64,000 bases of DNA from positions 2,816,001-2,880,000 of the forward strand of contig OZ242010.1 of NCBI GenBank assembly GCA_965204745.1, read 5' to 3'. This document shows, piece after piece, positions 48,226-59,030 of this stretch (position 1 is the first letter of the stretch; each line of letters opens with the position of its first letter). The stretch comes from Candidatus Latescibacterota bacterium. GTDB lineage: Bacteria > Latescibacterota > UBA2968. Under the pieces are notes generated by a model. It saw only the letters and a program-made list of their open reading frames with translations. It made no database searches and was not told the origin of the DNA. Position numbers and translations under genes: made by a program.

Positions 48226-49593
48226 CTACATCAAATCGAGTTTGACATCCACATACTCCGCATCGTCCCACAAATTGTCAAACTCGCCCGGGTCTGCTGC
48301 CAAATCGTATAGCTCGCCCAGGCTGTGCCCGTGATAAACCACCAGTTTGTACTGCCGGTTGCGATACATCGTGGCATAGGTGCCATCGGCTTGATCCAGC
48401 GCGTCGTAATACTCGCAGCGCACAAACTCGCGGTGTTCATCAGCGGGGCACGCGCCGCTCAGCATGGGCAACAAAGAACGCGGTTGCATGCGGTCGGGCA
48501 CTGCCCTGCCGGCCAGTTCCAACAAGAGCGGGGCGATATCGCGCAATTCGACCAGCGCGTCGCTCCGTCGGCCCGATTGCACATGCCCAGGCCATGAAAA
48601 AATCAGGGGCACGCGCACCAGGCCTTCGTAAAACCGACAGCCCTTTTTGAGCAACCCGTGGTCGCCGAGCATCTCGCCGTGGTCGCTCGTGAAAATGACC
48701 AGTGTATTGTCGCGTTGTCCCGTGTCTTCAAGCGCGGCAATCACGCGCCCTATCTGCTCGTCGATCAACGCGATCATCGCGTAATACGCCGCGATCAGGG
48801 TTCGGGCATCGCGGCCGCGTTCGGCACTGGGATTTTTGCCGGGCGAGTGCGGCTCAATTGCGTCCGGATGCCGGCCCTTGGATTGAAAATCGATGGCTTC
48901 GAGTTTCGCTTGTTGCGCCAAGTCGCTCTCCCGAAACAGCGGGCCGTTCACCGCTTGCGGATCGAACCTATCGCGGTACGCTTTGGGCGGGTTAAACGGC
49001 GGATGCGGGTCGTAGATATTCACGCAGGCCAGCCAGGGGCCATCGCGTTGCTCGCGCATAAATTCAATGGTCTTTTCCGCACACCACGTCGTCTGGTGCA
49101 ATTCTGCGGGCACCCCATCCGGGCTTTTGATCAACTCGCCCAAGACCTCGCCCTTTGACCGCACCCAATCCGCGTAATCGTGCCCGGTTTCCCAATCGTC
49201 TCGCGGCGCGTGGCTGTATTGCCAATACCGGTACCCATCATCCACCCGTTTTTCGATGCGGCGATACGCACTCGACAAATGCAGTTTGCCGATCAACCCG
49301 CAATCGTAGCCCGCGTCTGATAGCATTTTGGTGACCAGCGGGGGCGCGTCTGGAAAATGCGAATTGCCATTGCCAGTGACGTGTACCGCACTCGCGTATT
49401 GCCCGGTCAAAAAACTCGCCCGGCTCGGCGTGCAGATGGGGCTTTGGCAATACGCATGCGTCAATGCAAACCCCTCTGCGATCAACCGGTCGATATTGGG
49501 CGTATCCACATGCGGATTGCCCAACGCGCCAATGGTGTCATACCGCTGCTGATCCGTGCAAATCCACAGGATATTTGGTCTCGATCCTTTCAT
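48226..49593 (-). CDS. Cys-type sulfatase; in-frame TAG ~20 codons before the likely native end (48163)
   Basis: PNILWICTDQQR, CTPSRAS, GKLHL, PHPPF, SDHG. Confidence 0.92.
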   Translation of the reverse strand: MKGSRPNILWICTDQQRYDTIGALGNPHVDTPNIDRLIAEGFALTHAYCQSPICTPSRASFLTGQYASAVHVTGNGNSHFPDAPPLVTKMLSDAGYDCGLIGKLHLSSAYRRIEKRVDDGYRYWQYSHAPRDDWETGHDYADWVRSKGEVLGELIKSPDGVPAELHQTTWCAEKTIEFMREQRDGPWLACVNIYDPHPPFNPPKAYRDRFDPQAVNGPLFRESDLAQQAKLEAIDFQSKGRHPDAIEPHSPGKNPSAERGRDARTLIAAYYAMIALIDEQIGRVIAALEDTGQRDNTLVIFTSDHGEMLGDHGLLKKGCRFYEGLVRVPLIFSWPGHVQSGRRSDALVELRDIAPLLLELAGRAVPDRMQPRSLLPMLSGACPADEHREFVRCEYYDALDQADGTYATMYRNRQYKLVVYHGHSLGELYDLAADPGEFDNLWDDAEYVDVKLDLM

Positions 49594-49766
49594 CCCCGTT
49601 GCTCCTTTGAATAACGCCCGACCTGAAAACCCTCGCAATATAACCCCTACTTTGGAAAAATATAGAACTTTTTGCCCCCTGAGCAAAATTTGGTTTGAGC
49701 GGACTGCGGTGTGTGATATATTGAGCTGGTTAGCAAAACGAGCGATCAGATCAAAGGAGCGCGTAC

Positions 49767-51347
49767 ATGGCAGAATTTAGTTTGGAACGCTACAAGATCA
49801 CCAAGCCCGCGGTGTTGCGAAATGCCTCGCCCGCGGTGCTCTACGAGGAAGCCCTCACCCATGAAACCGGGTCCGCCATCACCAGCACTGGGGCCTTGGT
49901 CGTGCGCTCGGGCGCGAAAACCGGGCGCAGCCCAGGCGACAAGCGCATCGTGGAACACCCGGACAGCGCGGGCGACATCTGGTGGGGCGAGGTCAACATC
50001 AAACTCGACGAGCACACCTTTCTCGTCAACCGCGTGCGCGCTGTTGACTATCTCAATGTTTGCGACCGCATCTATGTCGTGGATGGGTACGCGGGTTGGG
50101 ATTCCAAATACCGCATCAAAGTGCGCGTGATCTGCGCGCGTGCGTACCAAGCCTTGTTCATGCACAACATGCTCATGCGGCCCTCGCGCACGGAACTCGA
50201 AAATTTTGGCGAACCCGATTATACCATCATCAACGCGGGCCGGTTTCCCGCCAACCTGTACACCGCCAAAATGACCTCGACCACCAGCGTCAACCTCAGC
50301 TTTGAATTTCGAGAAATGGTCATTTTGGGCACGGAATACGCCGGCGAAATGAAAAAGGGCATCTTCACCGTGCTCAATTACCTCTTGCCCAAACAGGACA
50401 TTTTGTCCATGCACTGCGCGGCCAATGTGGGCGAACAGGGCGACACCGCGCTCTTTTTTGGCCTGTCCGGCACCGGCAAAACCACCCTGTCTGCGGATCC
50501 GCAGCGCAGCCTCATCGGCGATGACGAGCACGGTTGGAGCGAGCGCGGCATCTTCAATTTTGAAGGCGGTTGTTACGCCAAGTGCATCGGCCTATCCCGT
50601 GCGCGCGAACCCGAGATTTACAATGCCATCCGCTTTGGCACCGTGCTCGAAAACGTGGTTTTTGACGCCATGACCCGCGTGGTCAATTACGACGATGATA
50701 CCATCACCGAGAACACCCGCGCGGCCTATCCCATCGAGTACATTCCCAATGCACAAATCCCCTGTACGAGCGGGCATCCGAAAAACATCATCTTTTTGAC
50801 CTGCGATGCCTTTGGCGTTTTGCCGCCGGTGAGCAAACTCACACCCGAACGAGCGATGTACCACTTCATCAGCGGGTACACCGCCAAAGTCGCGGGCACG
50901 GAAATGGGCATTACCGAGCCACAGGCGTCTTTCTCGGCCTGCTTTGGCGCGCCCTTTCTCGTGTGGCACCCGGGGAAATACGCCGAGCAACTCGCAAAAA
51001 AAATGCAGCAGCACAACGCGGACGTGTGGCTGGTCAACACCGGTTGGTCCGGCGGCGGGTACGGCGTTGGCAAGCGCATCACCCTGACCAATACGCGGTC
51101 GATCATCCGCGCCATCCACAACGGCGCGCTGGCAGATGTCCCGTACGAAACCGATCCGCGCTTTGGCTTCAGCGTTCCAAAAACCTGTCCCGACGTCACG
51201 GGCAGCATCCTGTCCCCGCGCACCACCTGGTCCAACCCAACCGAATACGACGCCCGCGCCGCGCACTTGGCCCGGCTATTTAAGGAAAATTTCGCGCAAT
51301 TTGAAACCGGCGTCTCGGATAAAATCCTCCGCGCAGGGCCTGTGTAA
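49767..51347 (+). CDS. pckA: Phosphoenolpyruvate carboxykinase (ATP)
   Basis: [43 protein letters not shown]. Confidence 0.97.
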   Translation: MAEFSLERYKITKPAVLRNASPAVLYEEALTHETGSAITSTGALVVRSGAKTGRSPGDKRIVEHPDSAGDIWWGEVNIKLDEHTFLVNRVRAVDYLNVCDRIYVVDGYAGWDSKYRIKVRVICARAYQALFMHNMLMRPSRTELENFGEPDYTIINAGRFPANLYTAKMTSTTSVNLSFEFREMVILGTEYAGEMKKGIFTVLNYLLPKQDILSMHCAANVGEQGDTALFFGLSGTGKTTLSADPQRSLIGDDEHGWSERGIFNFEGGCYAKCIGLSRAREPEIYNAIRFGTVLENVVFDAMTRVVNYDDDTITENTRAAYPIEYIPNAQIPCTSGHPKNIIFLTCDAFGVLPPVSKLTPERAMYHFISGYTAKVAGTEMGITEPQASFSACFGAPFLVWHPGKYAEQLAKKMQQHNADVWLVNTGWSGGGYGVGKRITLTNTRSIIRAIHNGALADVPYETDPRFGFSVPKTCPDVTGSILSPRTTWSNPTEYDARAAHLARLFKENFAQFETGVSDKILRAGPV

Positions 51348-51528
51348 TACCAAATATTGGAACACCTCAACCCGTTTTCAGAGGGGAATTTCGGCATGGT
51401 TGCAAAGGAAACAAAATTTCAAACCGTCTGAGAATAATCGCAAAGACGCGCTCCAAGCAGAACTCACATTGTCTTAGCGCGCGACTAGACGCCCCCCGCT
51501 GACCGCTTGGAAGCTTGGGCTTGGGTGG

Positions 51529-51563
51529 ACTGACAACTGACAACTGACAACCGACAACTGACG
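51529..51563. repeat. Heptamer tandem repeat (CTGACAA)n
   Basis: About 5 units just upstream of the nuoI RBS. Confidence 0.8.
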
Positions 51564-51574
51564 AGGAACTTTAC

Positions 51575-52147
51575 ATGGGACTGATAAAAGAAATTCTCGA
51601 TGGCAGTACGACCCTGTTGCGTGGCATGAAAGTCACATGGGACAACTTTCGGAAACCGCCGGTCACCTCGCAATATCCAAAAGAAAAAATCGAGATGTCC
51701 AAGGCGTTTCGCAATGTGATCGTCCTCATCGAAAAAGAGGACATTGGCTCGCACGACTGCATCGACTGCAAAGCCTGCGAGCGCGTGTGTCCGTCTTTCT
51801 GCATTGAGTTGGATGGGGAACGGCCCGAGGGGTTGCGGCGCAAACGGGCGACCAAGTTCATCGTCGATTTTGCCCTGTGCAGCGACTGCGGGTTGTGCTT
51901 GGACGTGTGTCCCACAGACACGCTGGGATACAGCGAGGTTCACGATGAAGCCGGGTACCAGCGCAGCGACTTTCTCTACGACCTCATCGAACCGTGGGCG
52001 GACGGGGAAGACGCCGCGCGCGAACGCCTCAAAGAAATCGAAGCCGAGCAAGCCAAAGAACGCGCCCAACGCGCCGCAGCACGGCGAGCATCGGCGAAGA
52101 AGGCGAAAAAGGGCGTGCGGAAAATCCCGAGAAGCAGGGGGCAGTGA
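51575..52147 (+). CDS. nuoI: NADH-quinone oxidoreductase subunit I
   Basis: T.QYP.E, two CxxCxxCxxxCP motifs. Confidence 0.9.
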   Translation: MGLIKEILDGSTTLLRGMKVTWDNFRKPPVTSQYPKEKIEMSKAFRNVIVLIEKEDIGSHDCIDCKACERVCPSFCIELDGERPEGLRRKRATKFIVDFALCSDCGLCLDVCPTDTLGYSEVHDEAGYQRSDFLYDLIEPWADGEDAARERLKEIEAEQAKERAQRAAARRASAKKAKKGVRKIPRSRGQ

Positions 52148-52647
52148 TGCTCGAACAGGTGGTCGTCTATATTTTTGTGGCCCTGGTCCTGATCGGGGGA
52201 TGCCTGGCCGCGTTTTCCCGGCAAGTGCTCTACGCCATCATCGGATTGGGGATCAGCCTCTTGGGCTTGGCGGGCTTGTTTCTCCACTTGGGCAGCCCGT
52301 TTGTCGCGGCGATGCAGGTGCTCATCTACATCGGCGGAATCACGGTCGCCATCGTGTTTGCGATGATGCTCTCCATTGCCATGTCCGTGCGCCCGCCAGA
52401 TCCGGATGTCCGCAAACTCATTTTTGCAATTGTGTGCGCGGTGCTGTTTTTCGTCTCAATCGCCTATTTGATCCGCGACACAACGTTTCGGCAAATCGCG
52501 TCGCCTGCCCCTGAAAAAGCGTGGGCCGTGGGCGCGTTGGGCCACGCCTTGCTCACGCATTACAACCTCGTGTTTGAAACCCTGTCACTCATTTTGCTCT
52601 TGGCGATCATCGGCGCCATCCTGATCGCCCGCAAGGAGAAAACGTGA
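52147..52647 (+). CDS. nuoJ: NADH-quinone oxidoreductase subunit J
   Basis: FVAAMQVLIYIGGI, YNLVFE.LSLILL.AIIGA. Confidence 0.92.
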   Translation: MLEQVVVYIFVALVLIGGCLAAFSRQVLYAIIGLGISLLGLAGLFLHLGSPFVAAMQVLIYIGGITVAIVFAMMLSIAMSVRPPDPDVRKLIFAIVCAVLFFVSIAYLIRDTTFRQIASPAPEKAWAVGALGHALLTHYNLVFETLSLILLLAIIGAILIARKEKT

Positions 52648-52949
52648 CCCTCGAAGCCTATTTGCTCGTGGCCGCCGCGCTGTTTGCATTCGGGTTGATC
52701 GGCGCGCTGTCCCACCGCAACCTCATTGCCCTGCTCATCGGCATAGAACTCATGATGAATGCCGCCAGTTTGAATCTGATGGCGTTCAATCGGTTCGTCG
52801 TCACGGATCCCACAGTGGGCCAAATTTTCGTCCTGATCATCATCGGGCTGGCCGCTGCGGAAGTCGCTATTTTTTTGTCGATCATCCTGCGTCTGTATCG
52901 GGCGTACCGCGATATCGATGCGGAAAAACTCACGGAACTGAGCGGTTGA
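52644..52949 (+). CDS. nuoK: NADH-quinone oxidoreductase subunit K
   Basis: IELMMNAA.LN, GQIF, AAAEVA. Confidence 0.93.
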   Translation: MTLEAYLLVAAALFAFGLIGALSHRNLIALLIGIELMMNAASLNLMAFNRFVVTDPTVGQIFVLIIIGLAAAEVAIFLSIILRLYRAYRDIDAEKLTELSG

Positions 52950-54778
52950 TGGATACCCTTTCTCTCATCCTGTTGACCACGGGCGCGCCCCTGGCGTGTT
53001 TTGTCATCGCCCTCCTCTTTCTGATGCAACGCCCCGGCGCCGCGCAAGTGCTGGTCTTGTTCGGCAGCGCGGTTTCCCTCATCAGCGCGGTCTGCTTGCT
53101 GGTGCAAGGCGCGGTCGATCCCCTGCGGTTTTTGTGGTTTCAAAGCGGGGCGTTTCAACTGCAATTTGGCTTTTTCCTGGACGGCGCGAGTCTCATGTTC
53201 GGCGTGGTCGTCTCCCTGATAACGGCGTGTATCGCGCTCTATTCCACGAGCTACATGGCACATGACCCGGGCAAGACGCGGTATTTTGCGATGTTGGGGT
53301 TTTTCGCGTGGTCCATGCTGAGTTTTGTCTATGCGGTGGATCTCTTGCAGGCGTTCATCTTTTGGGAACTCGTGGGCCTGGCTTCGTTCTTCCTCATCGG
53401 GTTCTGGTTTGAAAAACCCGAGGCCGCAGGGGCCGCGCGCAAAGCCTTTCTCATGACCCGCCTAGGCGACGTGGGCCTGTTCATCGGGATTTTGCTCATT
53501 CTCCAACTCGCGCAAAGTTTTGACCTGCCCGGCCTCTTGGACGCAGAATCCGGGCTTGGGACCCGCGTATCGCCCGGCGCGCTCAATGCCATCGCATTGC
53601 TCATTTTCGTCGGCATTATGGGCAAAAGCGCGCAGTTCCCCTTGCACACCTGGCTGCCAGACGCGATGGAAGGCCCGACGCCGGTCAGCGCGCTGTTGCA
53701 CTCGGCGACGATGGTGGCCGCAGGGGTCTTTCTGATGATCCGCTTGCACCCGCTCTTCATGGCCGCGCAAGACGCCGCGCTCATCGTTTTGAGCATCGCC
53801 ACGTTCACGGCCCTGCTCGCATCCACCATCGCCATGGTCGATAGCGACATCAAAAAGGTGCTCGCGTATTCCTCGATCAGCCAACTCGGGTTTATGCTGA
53901 TGGCCCTCGCGGCCGGTAGCTTATTCGCGGGCGTCTTCCACCTGATCACGCACGCGGTTTTCAAAGCCCTGCTCTTTCTCTGCTCGGGCATCTACATCCA
54001 CGCCTTTCACACCAACCACATAGCCGAAATCGGACGGCGCGGGGGACGGCACCTCAAAACCGCGACCCTCGGCCTCCTCATCGGCGGCGCGGCTTTGGCG
54101 GGCGTGCCCCCATTGGCAGGGTTCTGGAGCAAAGAAGAAATTTTCGCCCAACTCGGTCACAATGGTTTTACCATTTACATGGCGGGTGCGTTTTTGGCCG
54201 CGTTCCTCACCGCGTATTACACGTTCCGCATGATTTTCCTCATCGCAAAACCCGGGCAGGTGCAAGCCCCTGAAGCTGGATCTGCCGAACCCCTGGCGAT
54301 GAAACTGCCCGTGTGGTTGCTCGCACTCGGCGCGGTCGTGCTCGGTTTTTTTGGCCGCGACATCGCATCGGGCTTGGGCCTCATCGCGCCGCAGCACAGC
54401 GTCGCGTCGATGCTGCCCGCTATCGGGGTCGTCCTCCTCGGCATCGCACTCGCGTATTACGACTATGGCCGCGCCAATGCACCGCGCACCGGCTTCATCC
54501 GCACCCTCGCGCCGCTCAATACCCTGTTTGTGAACAAATGGTACATCGACGACCTGTACCGCGTCACCTTCGTCGCCCTCACCAACGCCCTGTCCCGCAT
54601 CTTGCACTGGGCAGAAACCCACCTTCTCGACAACAACTACGACCGCTTCGGCCTGGGCATCTTACGCACGGGCGCGAAATCGACCCGCATCCAAAACGGC
54701 TGGATGCAACTCTACTTGGGCTGGGCCATTCTCTTGCTGGCCGTGCTGGTGATAGCTTTACGGGACCTACCCCCCTAA
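52949..54778 (+). CDS. nuoL: NADH-quinone oxidoreductase subunit L
   Basis: WELVG, GKSAQFPLHTWLPDAMEGPTPVSALLHSATMV, DIKKVLAYS. Confidence 0.96.
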   Translation: MDTLSLILLTTGAPLACFVIALLFLMQRPGAAQVLVLFGSAVSLISAVCLLVQGAVDPLRFLWFQSGAFQLQFGFFLDGASLMFGVVVSLITACIALYSTSYMAHDPGKTRYFAMLGFFAWSMLSFVYAVDLLQAFIFWELVGLASFFLIGFWFEKPEAAGAARKAFLMTRLGDVGLFIGILLILQLAQSFDLPGLLDAESGLGTRVSPGALNAIALLIFVGIMGKSAQFPLHTWLPDAMEGPTPVSALLHSATMVAAGVFLMIRLHPLFMAAQDAALIVLSIATFTALLASTIAMVDSDIKKVLAYSSISQLGFMLMALAAGSLFAGVFHLITHAVFKALLFLCSGIYIHAFHTNHIAEIGRRGGRHLKTATLGLLIGGAALAGVPPLAGFWSKEEIFAQLGHNGFTIYMAGAFLAAFLTAYYTFRMIFLIAKPGQVQAPEAGSAEPLAMKLPVWLLALGAVVLGFFGRDIASGLGLIAPQHSVASMLPAIGVVLLGIALAYYDYGRANAPRTGFIRTLAPLNTLFVNKWYIDDLYRVTFVALTNALSRILHWAETHLLDNNYDRFGLGILRTGAKSTRIQNGWMQLYLGWAILLLAVLVIALRDLPP

Positions 54779-55607
54779 CCCCCCTTCCTAAGAGGAAGGG
54801 GGGAACGCGGATGGGTTTTGCGAGAGGATAGCGTGAGGGATTTTTAATCGCTTTATAGCCCTCGTTCAACGCCATCAAAACAGCGATTGATATAAGCCAT
54901 CAAAGGAGCTTTACTCCCCTTTCCTCGCAGGAAAGGGGCCGGGGGATAGGTCCCATACCCTATGCCCTCGCGCAACGCCATTAAAACGGCCATGGATATA
55001 AGCCATCAAAGGAGCTTTGCTCCCCTTTCCTCGCAGGAAAGGGGCCGGGGGATAGGTCCCATACCCTATGCCCTCGGTCAACGCCATCAAAACAGCGATT
55101 GATATAAGCCATCAAAGGAGCTTTGCTCCCCTTTCCTCGCAGGAAAGGGGCCGGGGGATAGGTCCCATGCCCTATGCCCTATGCCCTCGGTCAACGCCAT
55201 CAAAACAGCGATTGATATAAGCCATCAAAGGAGCTTTGCTCCCCTTTCCTCGCAGGAAAGGGGCCGGGGGATAGGTCCCATACCCTATGCCCGTGCTCAA
55301 CGCCATCAGAGCAACCATAGATATAAGCCATCAAAAGAGCTTTGCTCCCCTTTCCTCGCAGGCACAGGCGTAGCCTACAATGAGCGAAGCGAATAACGGG
55401 GCCGGGGGATAGGTCCCATACCCCATGCCCGTGCGCAACGCCATTAAAACGGCCATGGATATAAGCCATCAAAAGAGCTTTACTCCCCTTTCCTCTCAGG
55501 AAAGGGGCCGGGGGATAGGTCCCATACCCTAGGCCCTCGGTCAACGCCATCAAAGGAGCTTTACTCCCCTTTCCTCGCAGGAAAGGGGCCGGGGGATAGG
55601 TCCCATG
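54765..55607. repeat. Tandem array of seven ~106-bp REP-hairpin units plus a leading inverted REP
   Basis: CAACGCCA recurs at 54867, 54973, 55079, 55192, 55298, 55436, 55542; units carry CCCCTTTCCT-N3-AGGAAAGGGG (interrupted in unit 5). Confidence 0.93.
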
Positions 55608-57080
55608 CCACTTCTCTCTGCCATACTTCTCGTTCCCGTGCTCACGCTCGTCGTGCTTTTGCTGATGCCCAAGCGCGCTGTGCGGAGTATTCGGTGGGTG
55701 TGTGCGTGCAGTGGTTTGTCAACCTGTGCGTTGGGTGTGCAACTCTGGATGGGATATGACCCTGCGGTGGGCGGCATTCAGTTCGAGGAAATGATCCCGT
55801 GGGTCGCGGCGATGGGCATTTCCTATCACCTCGGCGTGGATGGGTTTGGCACGGTGCTCGTCATGCTCAATGCCCTCGTGTATTTCACCGGGGTGCTCAC
55901 CATGTGGGACTTGGAAACGCGCGTAAAAGAATACTTCGCGTTTATGGTGCTCTTGGTCATCGGCGTGTTTGGCGTGTTTCTGTCGCTGGACATGTTCTTC
56001 TTCTTCTTCTTTTACGAAATCGCGGTCGTGCCCATGTACCCCCTCATCCTGATCTGGGGCAGCGGGAACAAGGAATACGCCGGGATGAAACTCATGCTCT
56101 TCCTCTTGGCCGGCAGCGCGTTGCTCTTTCCGAGCCTGTTGGCGATATACCACCACGCGGGCCTCAACACCTTTGACCTCATCGCCCTGTCCAACCACAG
56201 CTTCGACTCCGACTTTCAGATTTTCGTCTATCCCTTCCTGTACATTGGTTTTGGCGTTCTGGCCGGCCTGTTTCCCTTTCACGGCTGGTCCCCCACGGGC
56301 CACGTCGCCGCGCCATCTGCGGTCTCCATGCTGCACGCGGGCGTTTTGATGAAACTCGGCGCGGTTGGCATTCTCAGTATTGGCATGCGCCTGTTGCCCG
56401 AAGGTGCCGTGTATTGGGCGCCGGTCTTTGCGGCCTTGGCTGTAATCGGGATTATATACGGCGCGTTCGTCGCCATGCGACAGACCGACTTCAAATTCGT
56501 GATCGGCTTTTCATCCGTGTCGCACATGGGCATTGTCTTGCTCGGCCTCAACCTCGCGGTCTTGGGCACCACCGCAGGCGCAGACGCGCTCAATGGCGCG
56601 GTGTTTCAGATGTTCGCGCACGGCATCATGACCGCCCTGTTCTTCAGCACGGCTGGGTACCTCTACGACAAAGCCCATTCCAAAACCATCGGGGATTTCG
56701 GGGGCTTGGGCGCGCAAATGCCGCGGGCCGTGTCCATCTTCATCGTCGCGGGCCTGTGTGGGGCGGGCCTGCCCGGGCTGGCGAGTTTCTGGGCGGAACT
56801 GCTCGTGTTTCTCGCGGCATTGAAAATCTATCCCATTGCCGGGGTCATCATCGTCATCGGCCTCGTGCTCACGGCGATTTACATTTTGCGCGTCTTCAAC
56901 CTGGCCTTTTTCGGCCCGCCCAATCCCAAGTGGGAAAACCTGCGGGCCATGGACATGGCGGGCCTGCACCTGCTGCCGAGGGCCATTTTGATCGCCGTGC
57001 TCGTGCTCTTCGGCTTTGTGCCGCGCCTCATGCTCGACTTGATCAACAGCACGACGATGGCGTTTTTGGATGTGTTTTGA
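55605..57080 (+). CDS. nuoM: NADH-quinone oxidoreductase subunit M
   Basis: YHLGVDG, FPFHGWSP.GH..AP, AGVLMKLG, SSVSHMG, GLPGL..F..E. Confidence 0.95.
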   Translation: MPLLSAILLVPVLTLVVLLLMPKRAVRSIRWVCACSGLSTCALGVQLWMGYDPAVGGIQFEEMIPWVAAMGISYHLGVDGFGTVLVMLNALVYFTGVLTMWDLETRVKEYFAFMVLLVIGVFGVFLSLDMFFFFFFYEIAVVPMYPLILIWGSGNKEYAGMKLMLFLLAGSALLFPSLLAIYHHAGLNTFDLIALSNHSFDSDFQIFVYPFLYIGFGVLAGLFPFHGWSPTGHVAAPSAVSMLHAGVLMKLGAVGILSIGMRLLPEGAVYWAPVFAALAVIGIIYGAFVAMRQTDFKFVIGFSSVSHMGIVLLGLNLAVLGTTAGADALNGAVFQMFAHGIMTALFFSTAGYLYDKAHSKTIGDFGGLGAQMPRAVSIFIVAGLCGAGLPGLASFWAELLVFLAALKIYPIAGVIIVIGLVLTAIYILRVFNLAFFGPPNPKWENLRAMDMAGLHLLPRAILIAVLVLFGFVPRLMLDLINSTTMAFLDVF

Positions 57081-57133
57081 ATCAAAAAAGCATGCGAATC
57101 GGCAAGAGTGTTGTGTCGAGATAGGAAAAATAA

Positions 57134-58558
57134 ATGGAAAACGCCCTTCTCTTCGCGCCGGAAATCGTTTGCCTGATCATGGGCCTCGCGCTCTTTTTTA
57201 GCGCGGTGCTCAACTGGTCGTATCGCGTCACTCGGCGCATTGCCATGGCATTGGGCATTGCGATGGTCGCGGCGTGTGTGTGGACCTTGCCCCTCGAGGG
57301 CGAACCCTTTTTCCCCGGCATCTACGCGGTCGATTTCTTCTCGCAACTAATCAAAACCGCGCTCGCGGTCGGGTTCTTGTTCGTCGCAATCGTCAGCGCA
57401 GAACCGCTCACGGTCGACCGCAGTGCCTGGGCCGAGATGCCGCTCTTTTTGATCTGTTCCACGCTCGGCATGATGATGATGGTCAGCGCGACCGAGCTCC
57501 TCACCCTGTACGTGGCGATGGAATTGGCCGCGTACCCGGTCTATATCGTCGTCGCGTTGCACCGCAATGTGGATACCGGCGGCGAAAGTGCCACCAAATA
57601 CATGGTGCAGGGCATGGCGGCCTCGGCCATTTCGCTCTACGGGATGAGCTTCCTCTTCGGCGCGTTTGGATCGACTTACTTTTCCGCCATCGGCTTGTCG
57701 CACGCCGCGTCGCAACCCATCTTCTACTTGGGCTTGTTTCTCGCGCTCGCCGGCTTCTTCTTCAAACTCGGCGCGTTTCCCTTCCACTTTTGGGCACCGG
57801 ACGCGTACCAAACCGCGCCCCATCCGGTCATTACATTTGTCGCCACAGTATCCAAAATCGCGGCCATTGGCATCTTGTGCCGGTTGTTGTCGCTGGCGAT
57901 GCCCGGCGGCTGGGAATCGGCCCACGCGCAAACCGCGCTGATGTGGGCGAGTGTCATCGCCATGACCTTGGGCAATCTGGCCGCGCTCGCACAACGCGAT
58001 CTCAAACGCCTGCTCGGGTATTCCACCGTCGCGCACGCGGGTTACGTTCTCCTCGCATTGCAGACCTTCGCCGAATCCGGGCTGACCGCGGCCCTGTTTT
58101 ACGCGCTGGGCTATTTTGCCATGTCCTTTGCGTGCTTCCTCGCGATCTGCGAAGTGGGCCGCAGCGAAGACCACCTCCCCATCAACGCCGTGTCCGGCCT
58201 TTACAAACGCGCGCCATTGCTCTGCTTTACCCTGCTCATCGGCTTGTTCGGCCTCATTGGCCTGCCGCCCACAGTGGGCTTTGTCGGCAAGTGGTTCCTC
58301 TTTTCCGCGGCCCTGCAACGCGGGCAATTCTACCTCGTCCTGATCGCCGCGATCAACGCCACAGTTGCCATGTACTATTATCTCCTCATCATCCGCCAAC
58401 TCTACTGGGCAGAGCCTACGACCCAAGAGCCGATCAAACCGCAACCCCTCGTCGCGCTCACCGCACTGGCGACCATCATCATCGTGGTCGCAATGGGCAC
58501 GGTGCCCGGGCCCTTTTGGGATATGGCCGCGCGGGCGGCGCGGGGTCTCGTTCAGTAG
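57134..58558 (+). CDS. nuoN: NADH-quinone oxidoreductase subunit N
   Basis: ESATKY, FKLGAFPFHFWAPDAY, KRLLGYST.AHAGY, GLPPTVGF.GK. Confidence 0.95.
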   Translation: MENALLFAPEIVCLIMGLALFFSAVLNWSYRVTRRIAMALGIAMVAACVWTLPLEGEPFFPGIYAVDFFSQLIKTALAVGFLFVAIVSAEPLTVDRSAWAEMPLFLICSTLGMMMMVSATELLTLYVAMELAAYPVYIVVALHRNVDTGGESATKYMVQGMAASAISLYGMSFLFGAFGSTYFSAIGLSHAASQPIFYLGLFLALAGFFFKLGAFPFHFWAPDAYQTAPHPVITFVATVSKIAAIGILCRLLSLAMPGGWESAHAQTALMWASVIAMTLGNLAALAQRDLKRLLGYSTVAHAGYVLLALQTFAESGLTAALFYALGYFAMSFACFLAICEVGRSEDHLPINAVSGLYKRAPLLCFTLLIGLFGLIGLPPTVGFVGKWFLFSAALQRGQFYLVLIAAINATVAMYYYLLIIRQLYWAEPTTQEPIKPQPLVALTALATIIIVVAMGTVPGPFWDMAARAARGLVQ

Positions 58559-58580
58559 GTCGTGTTGACATTTTATTTTT
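58556..58580. mobile_element. Left end of a fourth MITE copy (remainder at ~61320-61366)
   Basis: TAGGTCGTGTTGACATTTTATTTTT starting at the nuoN stop; resumes as CACAGATTAGCAATGTGTTGCTTACTCATTTA. Confidence 0.8.
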
Positions 58581-58795
58581 GGGAATTATATACAAAGTGG
58601 CCGGAATCATTATTACACAAATTATTCGATTAACACACTTCGAATCCATAAGATACTCTCTAAGAAATCGAAATCGCATGTTCACCCCCGCAAACAAATA
58701 AGAATTATCAAAATTATTCAAAAAATATCCCCCCAGACAGACAACAGAAAACCCACCTGAGAGGATATTCTCTAAATACACCTCATTACAACATG

Positions 58796-59023
58796 TTAAT
58801 GTCCATTAAAGACTTTCTCCATCCTTTCCATATATCCCCGATCACCCCCAAATTCCTTCTCCAACCTCTGTCGCAAAAATTGACGTTCCGCCTGTCGACC
58901 TTCTTGTCGACCTTCTTGTCGACCTTCTTGTCGACCTTCTTGTCGACCTTCTTGTCGGGCCTCATCGCGCAGTTTCTTTGCACGGTATTCCCGTCGATTA
59001 GACAAGAAGTCAAAAAAATACAT
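58796..59023 (-). CDS. Small protein with (RQEG)n repeats; probably the 3' part of an IS607-interrupted locus
   Basis: 12-bp tandem repeat encoding ARQEGRQEGRQEGRQEGRQEGRQ. Confidence 0.55.
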   Translation of the reverse strand: MYFFDFLSNRREYRAKKLRDEARQEGRQEGRQEGRQEGRQEGRQAERQFLRQRLEKEFGGDRGYMERMEKVFNGH

Positions 59024-59030
59024 GATCCCA

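Noticed and set aside
48226-48228. Pyrrolysine or genetic-code reassignment
   Set aside because: TAG is used as a normal stop elsewhere (leuD, nuoN), and no pyl genes are present in the window.
54860-55604. CRISPR array
   Set aside because: Units are ~106 bp and almost wholly repeated. The variable part recurs in a few variants rather than as unique spacers, and there are no cas genes in the window.
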